Source: Moniliella sp. 'wahieum'
Taxonomy: Eukaryota
Assembly: GCA_003971905.1 (NCBI GenBank)
Contig: RSEE01000008.1
Location: 868,001-932,000 of the forward strand
DNA length: 64,000 nucleotides
Direction: 5' to 3'
The notes below the pieces were generated by a model, which did not search any database, was not told the origin of the DNA, and saw only the letters and a list, made by a program, of their open reading frames with translations. Shown here piece by piece: positions 12,772 to 25,887 of the stretch; positions within the stretch are counted from its first letter, which is position 1, and every line of letters starts with the position of its first letter. A program made the translations under genes and the position numbers.

Positions 12772-13782
12772 ATGGTTCGCCCTGTCATTGCCACTGCTCT
12801 CTTGCCCTGGCGGCAAGTCAAGTCCTTGCGAGCCACCACTCGCAGCAGCGCCGCTCCCTCGGCTCTCACCAAAACATCCACGCCGTCCATGCTGCCCGCC
12901 GTGCGGATGCCAAGCCCGAGCGCCATGAGTACATCCGCTCGAACAGCACCTTGGCCGCTCGCTCGGCCGAGCGTCGTGACAGTCAAGGCCAGGCCACCTT
13001 CTACTCCCGCCACCGAGGGCGGCTCCCAAAGCTCGTGCGGTCCCTACATTTCCGACAGCTCCAATGTCGTTGCCTTGTCCCAGGCTGGCTGGGACTACTT
13101 TGCGGGCAAGGGCATCAACCAACAGGAGTTGTGCAACAAGGCGATTACCATCAACGGCCCCTGGGGGTCGCAGCAAGCCAAGATTCTTGACACGTGCCCC
13201 CCGGATGCGTCGACCAACACCTGCGGCAACATCTGCGACATTGACTTGACGTACGACCTCTTCGGGTTGCTGGACAACTACGATGCAGGTATCTTCAACG
13301 TTCACTGGTCCTTTGACGACGGTACCCCCTCTCCCTGTGGTTCCGGGTCTGGGTCTTCGCATTCATCCTCTTCGAGCTCCTCCCCATCGCCCACTCACAA
13401 GTCGGCCGTGGCCCACCCTACTAGCTCGTCCTCGTCTTCGCGTTCACCTTCGCCCTCTCCCTCGTCTTCGTCGTCTGGCTCGTCGAGCTCGTTTGCCACC
13501 ACCCTCCAATGGTGGGACGACGTTGACCCTCAATGGTGCCCGGGCGTTACCATCCCGTCTGGGGCTGTTACAGCTGCCGTGGGCCCAACCAGTCAATACC
13601 CCAACGAGAAACTCGCCGACACTTGCGGCAAGTGGCTCACGATTGAGGCTGATGGCAAGAAAACGCAGGCGATTGCCGTCGAGTGGGTTCCTGACACGAC
13701 CCAAAACCTTCTTGCTGTCGGAAACGCATACAACGACATTGTTGGCTCGGGCAGCGGCTCCGTCACTTGGAGCTTCAACTAA
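12772..13782 (+). CDS. secreted RlpA-like/expansin-like double-psi beta-barrel protein, paralog B
   Basis: MVRPVIATALL signal, GQATFY (in a shifted frame), SSCGPYISDSSNVVAL, CNKAITI, AKILDTCP, CDIDLTYDLF, a Ser linker and LQWWDDVDPQWCPG...CGKWLTI...VTWSFN*. Compensating frameshifts in the 5' part. Confidence 0.85.
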   Translation: MVRPVIATALLPWRQVKSLRATTRSSAAPSALTKTSTPSMLPAVRMPSPSAMSTSARTAPWPLARPSVVTVKARPPSTPATEGGSQSSCGPYISDSSNVVALSQAGWDYFAGKGINQQELCNKAITINGPWGSQQAKILDTCPPDASTNTCGNICDIDLTYDLFGLLDNYDAGIFNVHWSFDDGTPSPCGSGSGSSHSSSSSSSPSPTHKSAVAHPTSSSSSSRSPSPSPSSSSSGSSSSFATTLQWWDDVDPQWCPGVTIPSGAVTAAVGPTSQYPNEKLADTCGKWLTIEADGKKTQAIAVEWVPDTTQNLLAVGNAYNDIVGSGSGSVTWSFN

Positions 13783-15838
13783 GCTCCATTCGTCTTCTTT
13801 CTTTTTTCATCCCTCCAAGGTTCGTGGGCCGGATCCTACGTGAGTCCTTGGAGGGCATTCTGTCCTCTTTATCCATTGCAATTACCGTGGCTGTGCCCTT
13901 TTCATATCCCACTTGCTCACATTGTTCATGTGGAATGGTTCCCCTGGATGATGTCTGTAATTCCATTATTGGTATTCACCGGTTCACCTATTGCGTTCTC
14001 GTCAGATACAGTCCGTAGATTCGTATGGGCACAGGTCGTTGGTTGCCGGTTGAGCCTGACGGAAAAGTTACTCTGAATGTCTTCAGAGTGTGCCGGCGAA
14101 ACCCGGGTGTGCATTCGTTCCAGGGCGGGTAGGCATGTACCCTTTAAGCCCCAGGAGCATCCGGTTTCAAGCCAGGGTAAGGACCGACCATGGCATGGAA
14201 GCGAAGCGTGTCCAGCCACTGTCCTTGTCATGGCGAGAAGCACAGGGGCCAAGTCGGCTGTGGCGGCGTGGGGCATGCTCTTGTTTATGCGTTGAATGCG
14301 GTACTAAGGCGTGCACGTTGTCTAACGTGGATCGTATTGGCCATACCCCTGGTGATCCAGATCTCATCGGTATTCAGTGACACGTGGCCAGATGCACACA
14401 GTGCATCGAGGAAGCGCTCCGGACTTTCCACGGGCTAGAGCCGTAACAGATCGAGGCCAGCAGTAACTTAGGCATGAACGCGTTGACGCAGCACAAAGGC
14501 AGGAGATGAAAGCACAGGGGGTGTGAATACGCACCTCATGCGCACAGCCGCCCCACTGCGAGCATGAGACACGTCGATAACCAGACCCGGAAGAAGCATT
14601 TGCACTTGGAGGCGCAAGCGAAACCATATGCTAGTAGACAAAAGGAAAGAGGGTATCTGGATGAGGCGCGTTGACGAATGGCCACGTGGTATTTTGGCTT
14701 CTTGCACAGTGCGATTGCTGGCTCTCTTCAACGCCACTCGTTACCTCGTTACCATCCCTAGATGGACTGATTTCGTTCACAGCCACGTCCATACAACATG
14801 GATATACCAATGGTCCTCTGCTTTCTCGATCTCAACGATGTCCTATAAGTGCACAGGTAAAAGGAGGAGACAGGAGTTGGGTCAAACTCAGACTGGGTAA
14901 GAGAAGAGGAAGGAAGGGGAGTGGCACTAGGACAGAGGATGGGAGTAGTGACACGGCGCCTGCATGCGGTGACCATGGAGGCGGCCTGCCCTCTTTGACC
15001 CTTTTGGTCAACAAGACGTTGTCATTACCTCACGCCTTGACTCTTTTGAGCTACATTCATCATTTCCTCTCTTTCTCTAGTTTACTCGAGAGCTGGACAA
15101 AGCTCAACTCGGCTGTCGATCACGCTTGTGCTCTTTACAGTGTCCATTGACGGCGAAAGCGCATTGAGGGATTTCACTATCTGAGGGATTTCACTATCGA
15201 GAAAAGTTGGAGAGTCACCTTGCCTTTTCTATCCAATCAAACGGAGCGAATGAGATGACTACAGAACCAACGAGAGCCCGGGGGGGAAAGGAGGATGGAA
15301 CAAAAGGAAGCTATGCCGCAATTGAAAGGTGTCCCCTTCTTGCAGTTCTGTGACAGCTGGGCAGCGGTCCTCAGTTTTGTCGCCACATTCGTGAGCCAGT
15401 CTGTCCACTGTTGGCGTCCGGTAGCGTATATATCTTTCTCACCCAAACAAGCGATTCTCCACCAGGTTCTAGGGTGAGTAGAACTGGTGTACCCACGGAG
15501 CTCCCAACGCGCCACACTTTGCCTTGTGTTCCTCCCCATCTATTTTCTTCCGGTTCTACCTGCGGCATTTCTTGAGGCCCGAAAAGTGCCTTAGCACAGG
15601 GCTATACTGACTCGCTATTAAATCCATCGGACTAAGACCCCCTTATTGGACTCTTCAGCATCTTGTTCCAGAGGTGGTTCCACTATGGGAGGCGGGTGAG
15701 GGGGGGAGTTGCATAAACTAAAGAGAGAGTGAACGGCTGCTAAGTCCAAGCATAACGTTTTTCAATGGGAATGGGCCCATGAATACAGATGGAGCAAGCG
15801 CGTTCAAGAAGGGGAACGAGCAAGCCTCGTTGCCAGAC

Positions 15839-16388
15839 TTAGTCAAGCTGCTCAACCTCAGCCTCAGCGTCCTTCTTCTCAACGTCAAACGTCTCGGGCT
15901 GGGGAAAGGGAACGAGGGTCAGGATCCATCGCAAAGGAGCAACCAGATTGAATACGTACAACATCGGGAACGTCATCGGCGGAAGCGCCCTGGGCCTGCA
16001 TCATCTGGTACGACTGGGCCAGCTGCCGGAGCGAGGCCATCGCCTCGGGGCCGAGCTGGTTAAGGATGCCAGGCACGAGCTCGGTCATGTCCTTGTCCTC
16101 ACCATGGCCGGTGACAATGTGAGTGTTGGCGTCCTTGACAAGGGCAATGTTAGGGCGGGTGAAGTGGAGCACCTTGCCATCGTCCTTGAACATGTTGACC
16201 TCCTCGTACCCGGTCATGGGCAGCACGCCGCCCAGCTTCTTGAGCGCCGCACCCAGCTTCTTGTCGTTGCCGCCCTCGACGGCAGACTTGGGCGCAGTCT
16301 TCTTCACAACCTTGCGGCGGGGAGCACCCTTGCCACCCTGCCGGCTGGCAGCCTGGAGCTTAGCGAGCTTCTCTTGGTCAACAACCAT
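15839..16388 (-). CDS. EGD1: nascent polypeptide-associated complex beta subunit (BTF3)
   Basis: [12 protein letters not shown]...[24 protein letters not shown] and [13 protein letters not shown]. The last exon follows an intron (GTACGT donor) and ends ...EVEQLD*. Confidence 0.96.
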
Positions 16389-16695
16389 GGTGTGGGCGAA
16401 GGTGGGGGTGGGACAGAACCAAGTTGCGTGGCCGCCGCCCACCAGGAAGTCCGCAGGGCCGAACAATCGTGCGACCCCCGCCCCCGGCAAGAGAGCAGTC
16501 TCCCTTCGAACGAGGAAGAACCAGAGCGCTAGGGTTGGTGGGAAGGGTCTTGTCACAGGCTGGTCACTCGCTCACGTGACCCCGTCTTCTTTCCATCCCC
16601 GGTTGCTCGCTTGCCATCCATCGGTGCTTGGTCGGTTCTCGACTGAACTGCCGCGCCCTCGCCCTCGCCCTCTTCCTTCCTTTCCCCATCGCACA

Positions 16696-17040
16696 ATGTA
16701 TTTTCACACTCTGGCATGGGGCAGCCCCGCATCCCTCTACCAGCAGGACGGGAGCGCATCCTGCTTACCATCACCGATCACAAGAGCCTCTTCCGCCTCC
16801 ATAGCCTTTCCCGCTCTTCTCACTCTCTGGCATGTTTGGACCGAGTCGCCAATGAGACTCCCACGCGTGTCCCCTGGCAAGCAACCAAATATGGGGTGCG
16901 ATCGCTCCGAAGCATCGACTATTACATTGCCGACGCATGGGTATCCAGCAACGAGGGAGGAGTTGGTTCAATGTCCCTCGTCCTCCGTCCAATAAAGACG
17001 ATCCGGCGTTTCGGCCCACCTGTCTCATCCAAATCCTAGT
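16696..17040 (+). CDS. possible small hypothetical protein, divergent from EGD1
   Basis: ATG after a CT-rich leader. A coding-like frame (RILLTITDHKSLFRLH...RSIDYYIADAW) is joined by one frameshift. No family recognised. Confidence 0.3.
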
Positions 17041-17173
17041 GCTGGTCGAGAAAGTACCACGACATCCAAGCCGACGCGCATGTCGTGTCTCTCTGGCTGA
17101 AAGGGCACCAGTCCAGAGAGGGGAAAAGAGAATATTTGGCAGGAAGATACCATTGGATCGACCCAGTCCCGTA

Positions 17174-17523
17174 TTACTTGTCCAAGCTTTCGAGGAACTT
17201 TTCCAGATCAAAGTCTGGGCTGTCTGGGTCGGTTATGACTGCAGGCACAAAGGAAGGAGGTCAGCGCCAAGTCGTGCAAACGTCCGGAAGGGGTTGCGTA
17301 CCACCAGTCATCTTCGGGGCTGGATGGAGCTTGGCCCACTTGGCCTTGGCCTGCTCCACCAGCTCTTGCCGGTGGGCCTTGATAGCGGCGAGGTGGGCCT
17401 TGTCTGCGTCCCCTGGAGCGAATAGCGGTGGTAGATACCGTACGCCACGCCTCCCAAAAACGCCTGGTAGCGGGCGACGTTGACCAGCGGGGTAGGATTG
17501 AAGAGGGCGGAGATAGACGACAT
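17174..17523 (-). CDS. TIM11: mitochondrial ATP synthase subunit e
   Basis: VNVARYQAFLGGVAYGIYH (GxxxG transmembrane segment), ELVEQAKAKWAK, then an intron and a last exon VITDPDSPDFDLEKFLESLDK*. Confidence 0.85.
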
Positions 17524-19061
17524 GGTCGGTGGTGCGTCGCTGGACAGGCAGGACTGGTGGCTGGGCGGTGCGATGGGTCAAGCAGGTGCCGTGGCCAGCG
17601 AACGAGCGGCCGTCGGGTCGGGCCAAGGAGGGGGAGCAGCCGAGACGACTCCGGGACGACTGGGCCGCACGACGGCAGTGACTAGTGCTAGTGACGCAGC
17701 ACGTGCGGGGTTGGCTAGTCGCTTCCGCCCACATTTGTAAGAGGACAACTAGCAGCGTTGCAATTTGAAACAGTTTTCTGACACTGTCCGTCGGCACTCA
17801 ACGTACTCAACCCAGAGCATTTGTATATGAAGTGGCTAGCACCGGCACAGCGGGGGACCTTGCTTCCTGACCATCCTGGCCCGTCTTGCTCCATCACCAC
17901 CGAGCATGGACGTTCACTTGGACCACGCCATTTGTTGCCCTCCACTGGCCCGTACTTCACGCATTTGGTTACCAGCGCGATCTCGAGGTGCATGTTGGTC
18001 CTGGCTTCAAGCAACTCACGTCCGTCTTTTGACGCCCATGTGAAAAGTTGGCCGAGCGATGCGGGCGAGGTGCGACAACAGCTCGGCCTGCTCGCCAACC
18101 ACCCTTTCAGGATGACGCCGGTAAACACTCCAGGATTTTTGTGGTGCTGTGAGAGGGAAGGACCCTGCGATGACAGCAAGTCTCCATTCACAATCACCAT
18201 CATGTCAGATGTGCACCTCGACTGGAAGCGAGATGGGGCTACTTGGCTGCAGTATTTACGTGAATTGGAACGGTCTTGCTTTATGCCCTCTGCGCCCTTT
18301 TGTGTTGTTTAAGTTGCCGTCACTATTCTTCCGATTCTCGCATTGAAAGGACAACACATTGTGGTGATGTACACACAAGATCAAGTTCTCATCCCACACG
18401 ATCTTACCCCTTCTCTGACCATCATTTTCCGAAGGCACCATCCCCCCTGACATCCTATAGTTTCGCTGCTCGAAGCCCCATCACAACTGGTAGTATCCAC
18501 ACTCCCCACATAATATTGCCCTCAATCTACACCCACCTTTGCACAGATCGAAGAGATTGCAGTGCTGGGACACCACTTGATTTGATCCACAATTTATATA
18601 GGGCACGATCCGCAAGATGCTGCCAGTCGACTCCCCAAATATATACATGCTTCCTATCGGTTTCCCATCCTCCCATTTGAAGCACCGGCGGTAGCTCCTA
18701 AGAAAAAGCCCTCGTCCTTGCCTGTAGGCAAGAGGGAAGAGAGACGCGTACACACATCCAATGTAAGGGTGGTTGTGATCGAATCCAGAAAACGGCTATG
18801 GGACGATCACCAAGAAGTTGGTGCAGCCAGACTCCGATAGGAGGCTTTTATGCAGTCTGGAAAATGAGGTTAATTGAAAGGTGAGTGGGTGTGCGATACA
18901 CGCCACACGAGAGAGAAACACGTGGGTATTGGTATCATGAACATATGCGAAGAATGGAAAGGTTGGAGTCTTGACAGCCCTCTTCTAACTCAAATGGCAG
19001 ACACTCAAGTCCGCAAGGGGGAAAGGGAAGGGTACAAAGACACGAATGAAATGGGAGGTGG

Positions 19062-20197
19062 TTATTCCTTGGGTGTAGCGTTGGGGGCGGAGTCCGTGAC
19101 CTCCTCATCTTTCTCCTTGGAGGCGGGCTCTTCTAGCGGTTTATTGTCGAGGGCCACCTTGAGAACCAATTTGCGCCCTTGAAGTTCCTTATCGTTAAAG
19201 GTTTCGATTGCTTCCTGTTGCTGCTCATGGGTGGCAAAGTCGACAAACGCATACCCACGGCTCTTCCATTCCCCCACCATTCGCTTCTTCGGCTTAACAA
19301 GCGCGTCCGCGTCTGCTTCGTCCGCCGCCTCAGCCTCTTCCTTCTTAGCATCAGTCAACTTCCTCACCCTCCGCACTACTGTGGTGCGGGCAATGGAGAG
19401 CTTCTTGATGGTAAGATTTTGTCCTTCTCGAAAAAGGCCTGGAGCTCGGGTTCCTTCACAGTGTAAGCCAAGTTGGCGACAAAGACAAGAGTCTCCGTAG
19501 GAGGACCAGTTGGTCCATCCTTATTGCCCGGTGCCGCCCCGATTGACTTCTTACCCTTCTTCTTCTGCGGCGGTTTATGGGTGATGGTCTTGCCCTTGGG
19601 ATTGGTCTCCTCTGCAGGCTCTCTGAAGCGCTGGTAGAGGGAGAAGAGGAGACGTCGGCGTTGGACTGGCGCTCCTTACGCGCCTTGCGGTTCAGCCAGG
19701 ATTCGGCGGTGGTGTGTTTCAAAGCTTCGATGACCAGCGGCCGACCAGCGACGTCGATGTTGTTGTACTCGGCAATCGCCCTCGAAGCATCCTCGGCACC
19801 ATCAAAGGTAACAAAGCCATACCCCCGGGGACGAGTTCCGTGACGGATAATCTGCACGTTCGACCTGGGGTGTGCGGGCACCCAACATCAGTACGGTGCG
19901 ACCCAATATCTATACTAGAGACACACGTACACAGCCAGCGTAGGAGCAAAGATAGCCTTGAGATCAGCCTCGTTGAGGGAAGGGCTGAGCTGGCGGACAA
20001 AGACTTTCTGTGGGGGAGGACGGTGTAGGTTAGCAGTGCTTGCACCGGCCGTGCCCATCTGCACGCACCTTGGCCAGTTCATCTAGGTCCGCGGGAGTGC
20101 GCTTGCTAGGCGGAGTCACGTAGGCACCAGCGGGGGTGGCGGCGGCCGTAGAAAGGGAGGGGGGCTCGGAGGGGGCAGTGTCGACGGCGACGGACAT
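19062..20197 (-). CDS. two-RRM RNA/ssDNA-binding protein (Sbp1/Rnp24-like)
   Basis: RNP1 motifs RGYGFVTF and RGYAFVDF, with ends DVAGRPLVIE and ELQGRKLVLKVA. Spliced and frameshifted. Confidence 0.82.
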
Positions 20198-20330
20198 GGG
20201 GCGGGAGGAGACGTGAGGATAAGAGGGTGAAGGCGGAGGCGGAGGTGAGGGTGAGGCGGAGGCGGAGGATAGAGGCCCTGCGTTGGGGGCCAATTTAAGT
20301 GGCGCGGCGTGCGCCAGCAGCTGCGCCAGG

Positions 20331-20420
20331 TGCTTAGCTGGTTAACTGCTTAGCTGGTTAACTGCTTAGCTGGTTAACTGCTTAGCTGGTTAACTGCTTA
20401 GCTGCTTAGCTGCTTAGCTG
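20331..20420. repeat. tandem repeat (TGCTTAGCTGGTTAAC)x4 followed by (TGCTTAGC)x3
   Basis: Perfect units visible directly, in a divergent promoter region. Confidence 0.95.
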
Positions 20421-20998
20421 GGCTGCGCCAAGGGGGGACTGAGTAGGGGCGGCCGGCACAGCAGCGTGTCTGTCGTGTGCGGGGGCTGCCCGGGCTGCGA
20501 GGGCGCGTGGCAGCTGTCGAGCACACGCCGCCCTCCACACTGGCGCCCTGCCCGCCGTCCCCCTGCCGCCCCCCCGCAGGCTGCGGCAGAATGGCCTGGA
20601 CGTCTGGCCTCTGAACATTGAACTGTTCAATACTGAAGGCCATGCTTTCAAGTTGCAAGTTGGGTGTTCCTTGGCATCATGCATCGGCTGCGGCTGCCAT
20701 GCGCATGACATCATGGACGTGCCCCGTGCGTACCCGCGTCACAGTGTCATTTAGTTGCTACACTGGCCCCGCCGCCGGTGCGTTCGCAGTTCGGCCGCGT
20801 GCACTAGGCAGGATGGGAGCGAACAGCGCCACCGAACGCGTGCGTCGACGTACAAGCGGCTCACCTCCCCCCCCGCTGCTTTGTTGGGCCACGATCGCTT
20901 TAAGTAGCTTGCTCTCTCTGATTAACCACCTCTCCTGCGCTGGGGCCCGCTTCGTGTTGTGCCCCACCACACTGCCGGGTGCTGCTGTCGCTGTCATC

Positions 20999-22664
20999 AT
21001 GTCCCAGTACGACACCCACTCCATCTCCCGCTCGACCACCGTGTCCCGCAAGAGCACCATCGCCTCCCGCAACGCCTCGCTCATCAAGAAGAACACCGGG
21101 CCCAACGAACTAAAGCCGTCGGACCTTCTAATTGAGCGCTTCAATGGTGTGTACACTTACCTCTCCGTTGCGGCGCCCATTTCTTCTCACACTGTATATA
21201 CGCTCGTCAGGATGGAAGAGCATCACGAAGCAGCTCATCTCCTATTTTGAAGGGATCGCCGACATTGAGTCTAACACTGCGCGTGAGCTCACCAAGCTCG
21301 GTGGCGTCATCCAAGTCCCATTCCGTGAAGGGAACCAGTTTCTGGGCGAGGATGGCATCCAAGACGTCTACTATGCGATTCGTGACAAGACACGTGTCAT
21401 TGCTGATCATCATGCCAATCTCGCAAAGACCGTGGAAGGTTCCATTGTCCAACACCTCCAAAAGCTCCGCACAGAGATCAAAGCCCATGTTCGCAATGTA
21501 CAGCAAGACACGGGCAAGCTTGCAAACAGCGTGGCGAAAGAACGTGAACTGTCTACAAAGCTCATTACCGACTTGGCCAAGGCCATCACACTCCTCAAGA
21601 ATGCACCTATGAGTGTCACAGCTCGTGAGGATCCCTGGGCTCAGAATGCAACTGTTTTCCGTCAACTGCAGCGCCAGGTCAACGAGGAGAACGCTCTGCA
21701 AAAGTCAATCATCATCATGCAGCAGAACTCGGCCCACTTTGAAGAGGGAATTGTCCGCTCCATCCAGTCGGCCTGGCAGACTTTTGACGAATGGTCTGGT
21801 CGCATGTCGGCTCAAGTGCAAGATACTTGGCTCTCGCTGGGCGTGCAAATGCGGGGACTACAGCCCAACGCGGAATGGATCGCCTTTGCTGCTCGTTCAG
21901 ACCACCTGCTCGACCCGGACACACCTCTGCGCAACCCGGAGACGATCGATTACCCGGGTAAGGATGACCCCTCGGTCATTCCCGTCCATCATGGCATTCT
22001 CGAGCGCAAGAAGCGCTTCACCAACAACTATAAGGAATCGTTCTACGTCCTCACACCTGCTGGATACCTGCACGAACTCCCTTCGTCTGACCCACACCGC
22101 CACCCACAGCCGGTCCTTTCTCTCTTCTTGCCCGAATGCACGCTCGGTGCCCCCTCGACCAATGCAGCCAAGAGCCACAAATTCCACATTACCGACGGCC
22201 AAGTCGGACAATCCCCTAGCGAGCTTGCGTGGCGAGCAGGCCTACACGTTCCGTGCGCGCAGCCACAACGAGATGATGGAATGGTGGAACGACATCAAGC
22301 AGCTCTCTAAGGTTTACCTCACTACGTCGGAGCAGATGGACCGCTCAGGCCCTGTGCCAGCGGCTGTGCGAGCTATCGGCTATCACTCTGATGGTGAGAG
22401 TGAAGAAGAGGATGAGGAGGAAGGATCGTCGATTGAAGAGGCAATCGATGAGGAAGGAGAAGCGGATAACATTCCTGAAGAGGAGGTGGAAGTTGAAGAG
22501 GAGTCCATCTCAGCACCTTTCGGTGCGGAAGTGCCAGGGTACACTGGGGCTCCTGGTAATCCCAGTATCCGGTCGGGCACGAAGGCTATGTGTTCGAGAA
22601 GAAGGCGGAAGAAGCAGAGATTCCCCCTACCGCCCATGACGAAAGCGGCACCGCGCAAGCCTAG
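20999..22664 (+). CDS. Slm1-like BAR-PH domain protein with acidic tail
   Basis: PSDLLIERF/WKSITKQLISYFE helical domain, then a PH domain (GILERKKRFTNNYKESFYVLTPAGYLHE...LSLFLPECTLG...YTFRARSHNEMMEWW). Intron at about 21148-21210. The 3' end is approximate. Confidence 0.85.
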
Positions 22665-23371
22665 TATATTTGCTCTATGGTCCACCGTTAAGTTCCCTTC
22701 TTTTTTTCAGAGGATGAGCAAGGGGTCGGTCACTATGCCAGCTTAGATCCCTTGGCCGTTCTACCCCCCCACCTATACTCTCTGTGCTCTCCTCCTTCCG
22801 CCTGATGATTGTAAATAAAGTTGGGCTCGTCTGTTGCCCTCTTCTGCATGTACATTCTTTCGTATCTCTCGAGATGCCACAGGGCTGTGTTGATGTTCGA
22901 TGGCTCCCCACCCCCCGCTTGGCTCTCGGTTTGATTCCCAACCGAAAAGGTCTGATTTTCTCCTCATCTCCCTCTTCTTTGCGGTGCCGGATGCGTGTCG
23001 TTGGAGGGACGTAGCAGAGAGGTTTTTTTTATCACGCGTAGCATCGATCCCAGGAGGTTCGACAGGGCGCACCTGCCAGCGTGCCAGCAACGCCAGCCGC
23101 TTGGGGTCGGCGACGGAAGGGGGAACGGCCTGACATAACGGTGGAGGCTGGGGCGGGCTTAGTAACAGACACTGGGGACTGGCGCTGTGCGGGGCAGGCA
23201 GGGCATGCTGGCACCCGTGCCGCACGGGGGCAGTGTGGGACGGGCGGCACACTGCCCCTGTGCGCGCCGCCCGCTGCCCCGTTCTTCTCTCGGGACGGGC
23301 CGAGCGCAGCGGCCACCGGCAGCTCCAGCAGCTCCTGCCTCCTGCTCAGGTCCCACCGTCTCGTCTGCACC

Positions 23372-25063
<1,692 letters not shown>

Positions 25064-25152
25064 TAGGCTAAACCAATGATGCGTTGCAAAAGCTACTACT
25101 CGTTGCGGGACCGACAAGGCGGATAAGGGGCACATTTCATGGGTAATAGGTA

Positions 25153-25212
25153 GTTTGCTAGTTGGCTCGCGTGCTCGTCTTTGTTTGCTAGTTGGCTCGC
25201 GTGCTCGTCTTT
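25153..25212. repeat. 30-bp direct tandem duplication (TTTGCTAGTTGGCTCGCGTGCTCGTCTTT x2)
   Basis: Two adjacent identical copies downstream of ATP2. Confidence 0.9.
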
Positions 25213-25480
25213 TCTTCGGTCACGCTGGTCAGGCCAGGTCAGGTATAGCAGCATACGAAAAGCCCAAAACTTGGTAGTGACGCTCATGAATTAGGAGGTC
25301 GAGGTGGTTGATGGAGTATGGTGACAAAAAATAAAATGGGATGGGGTCGATAACAAGACAATAAGATAGTGCTTGAATCGAGAGTATAGTATCACAGAGA
25401 ATAGAGAGGTATGGGGTACGGTTCCGGGGGCCAATGCAGGAGTGGAGAGGGGGTGATGGGGGGTGCAGAGAGGAAGATAA

Positions 25481-25700
25481 GAAGGGAAGGGAAGGGAAGG
25501 GAAGGGAAGGGAAGGGAAGGAAGAAGGAAGGGAAGGGAAGGGAAGGGAAGGGAAGGAAGGGAAGGGAAGGGAAGGGAAGGGAAGGGAGGGAAGGGAAGGG
25601 AAGGGAAGGGAAGGGAAGGGAAGGGAAGGGAAGGGAAGGGAAGGGAAGGGAAGGGAAGGGAAGGGAAGGGAAGGGAAGGGAAGGGAAGGGAGGGAAGGGA
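25481..25700. repeat. (GGGAA)n imperfect pentanucleotide microsatellite, about 40 units
   Basis: Polypurine tract visible directly in the sequence. Confidence 0.97.
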
Positions 25701-25887
25701 TGATCGGGGGGGTACTCAATCGTTTTCTTCGTTCCCCGCGAATGGCGCCGAAACACGACTAGCAGCCCCGGCTACTCTGGTGCCCGTATCCAATACAAAA
25801 GAGAGCTTGATGCAAGGGGAAAGGGGAAATGGGAAAGGGGGAGAGGGAAAGATGGGGTAGGTATACCAAAACCACGTACAATTCACT

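Noticed and set aside
17821..18312. 163-aa ORF as a gene
   Set aside because: It has no recognisable motif and no clear splice or promoter support, so it is left unannotated.
25743..25760. TGGCGCCGAAACACGAC as a retroviral-type primer binding site
   Set aside because: There is no adjacent LTR or gag/pol sequence, so it is probably a chance match.
25229..25860. ORFs with FPSLP/GKGRE repeats (also KGKER at about 9.4 kb)
   Set aside because: They are translations of the pentanucleotide microsatellites.
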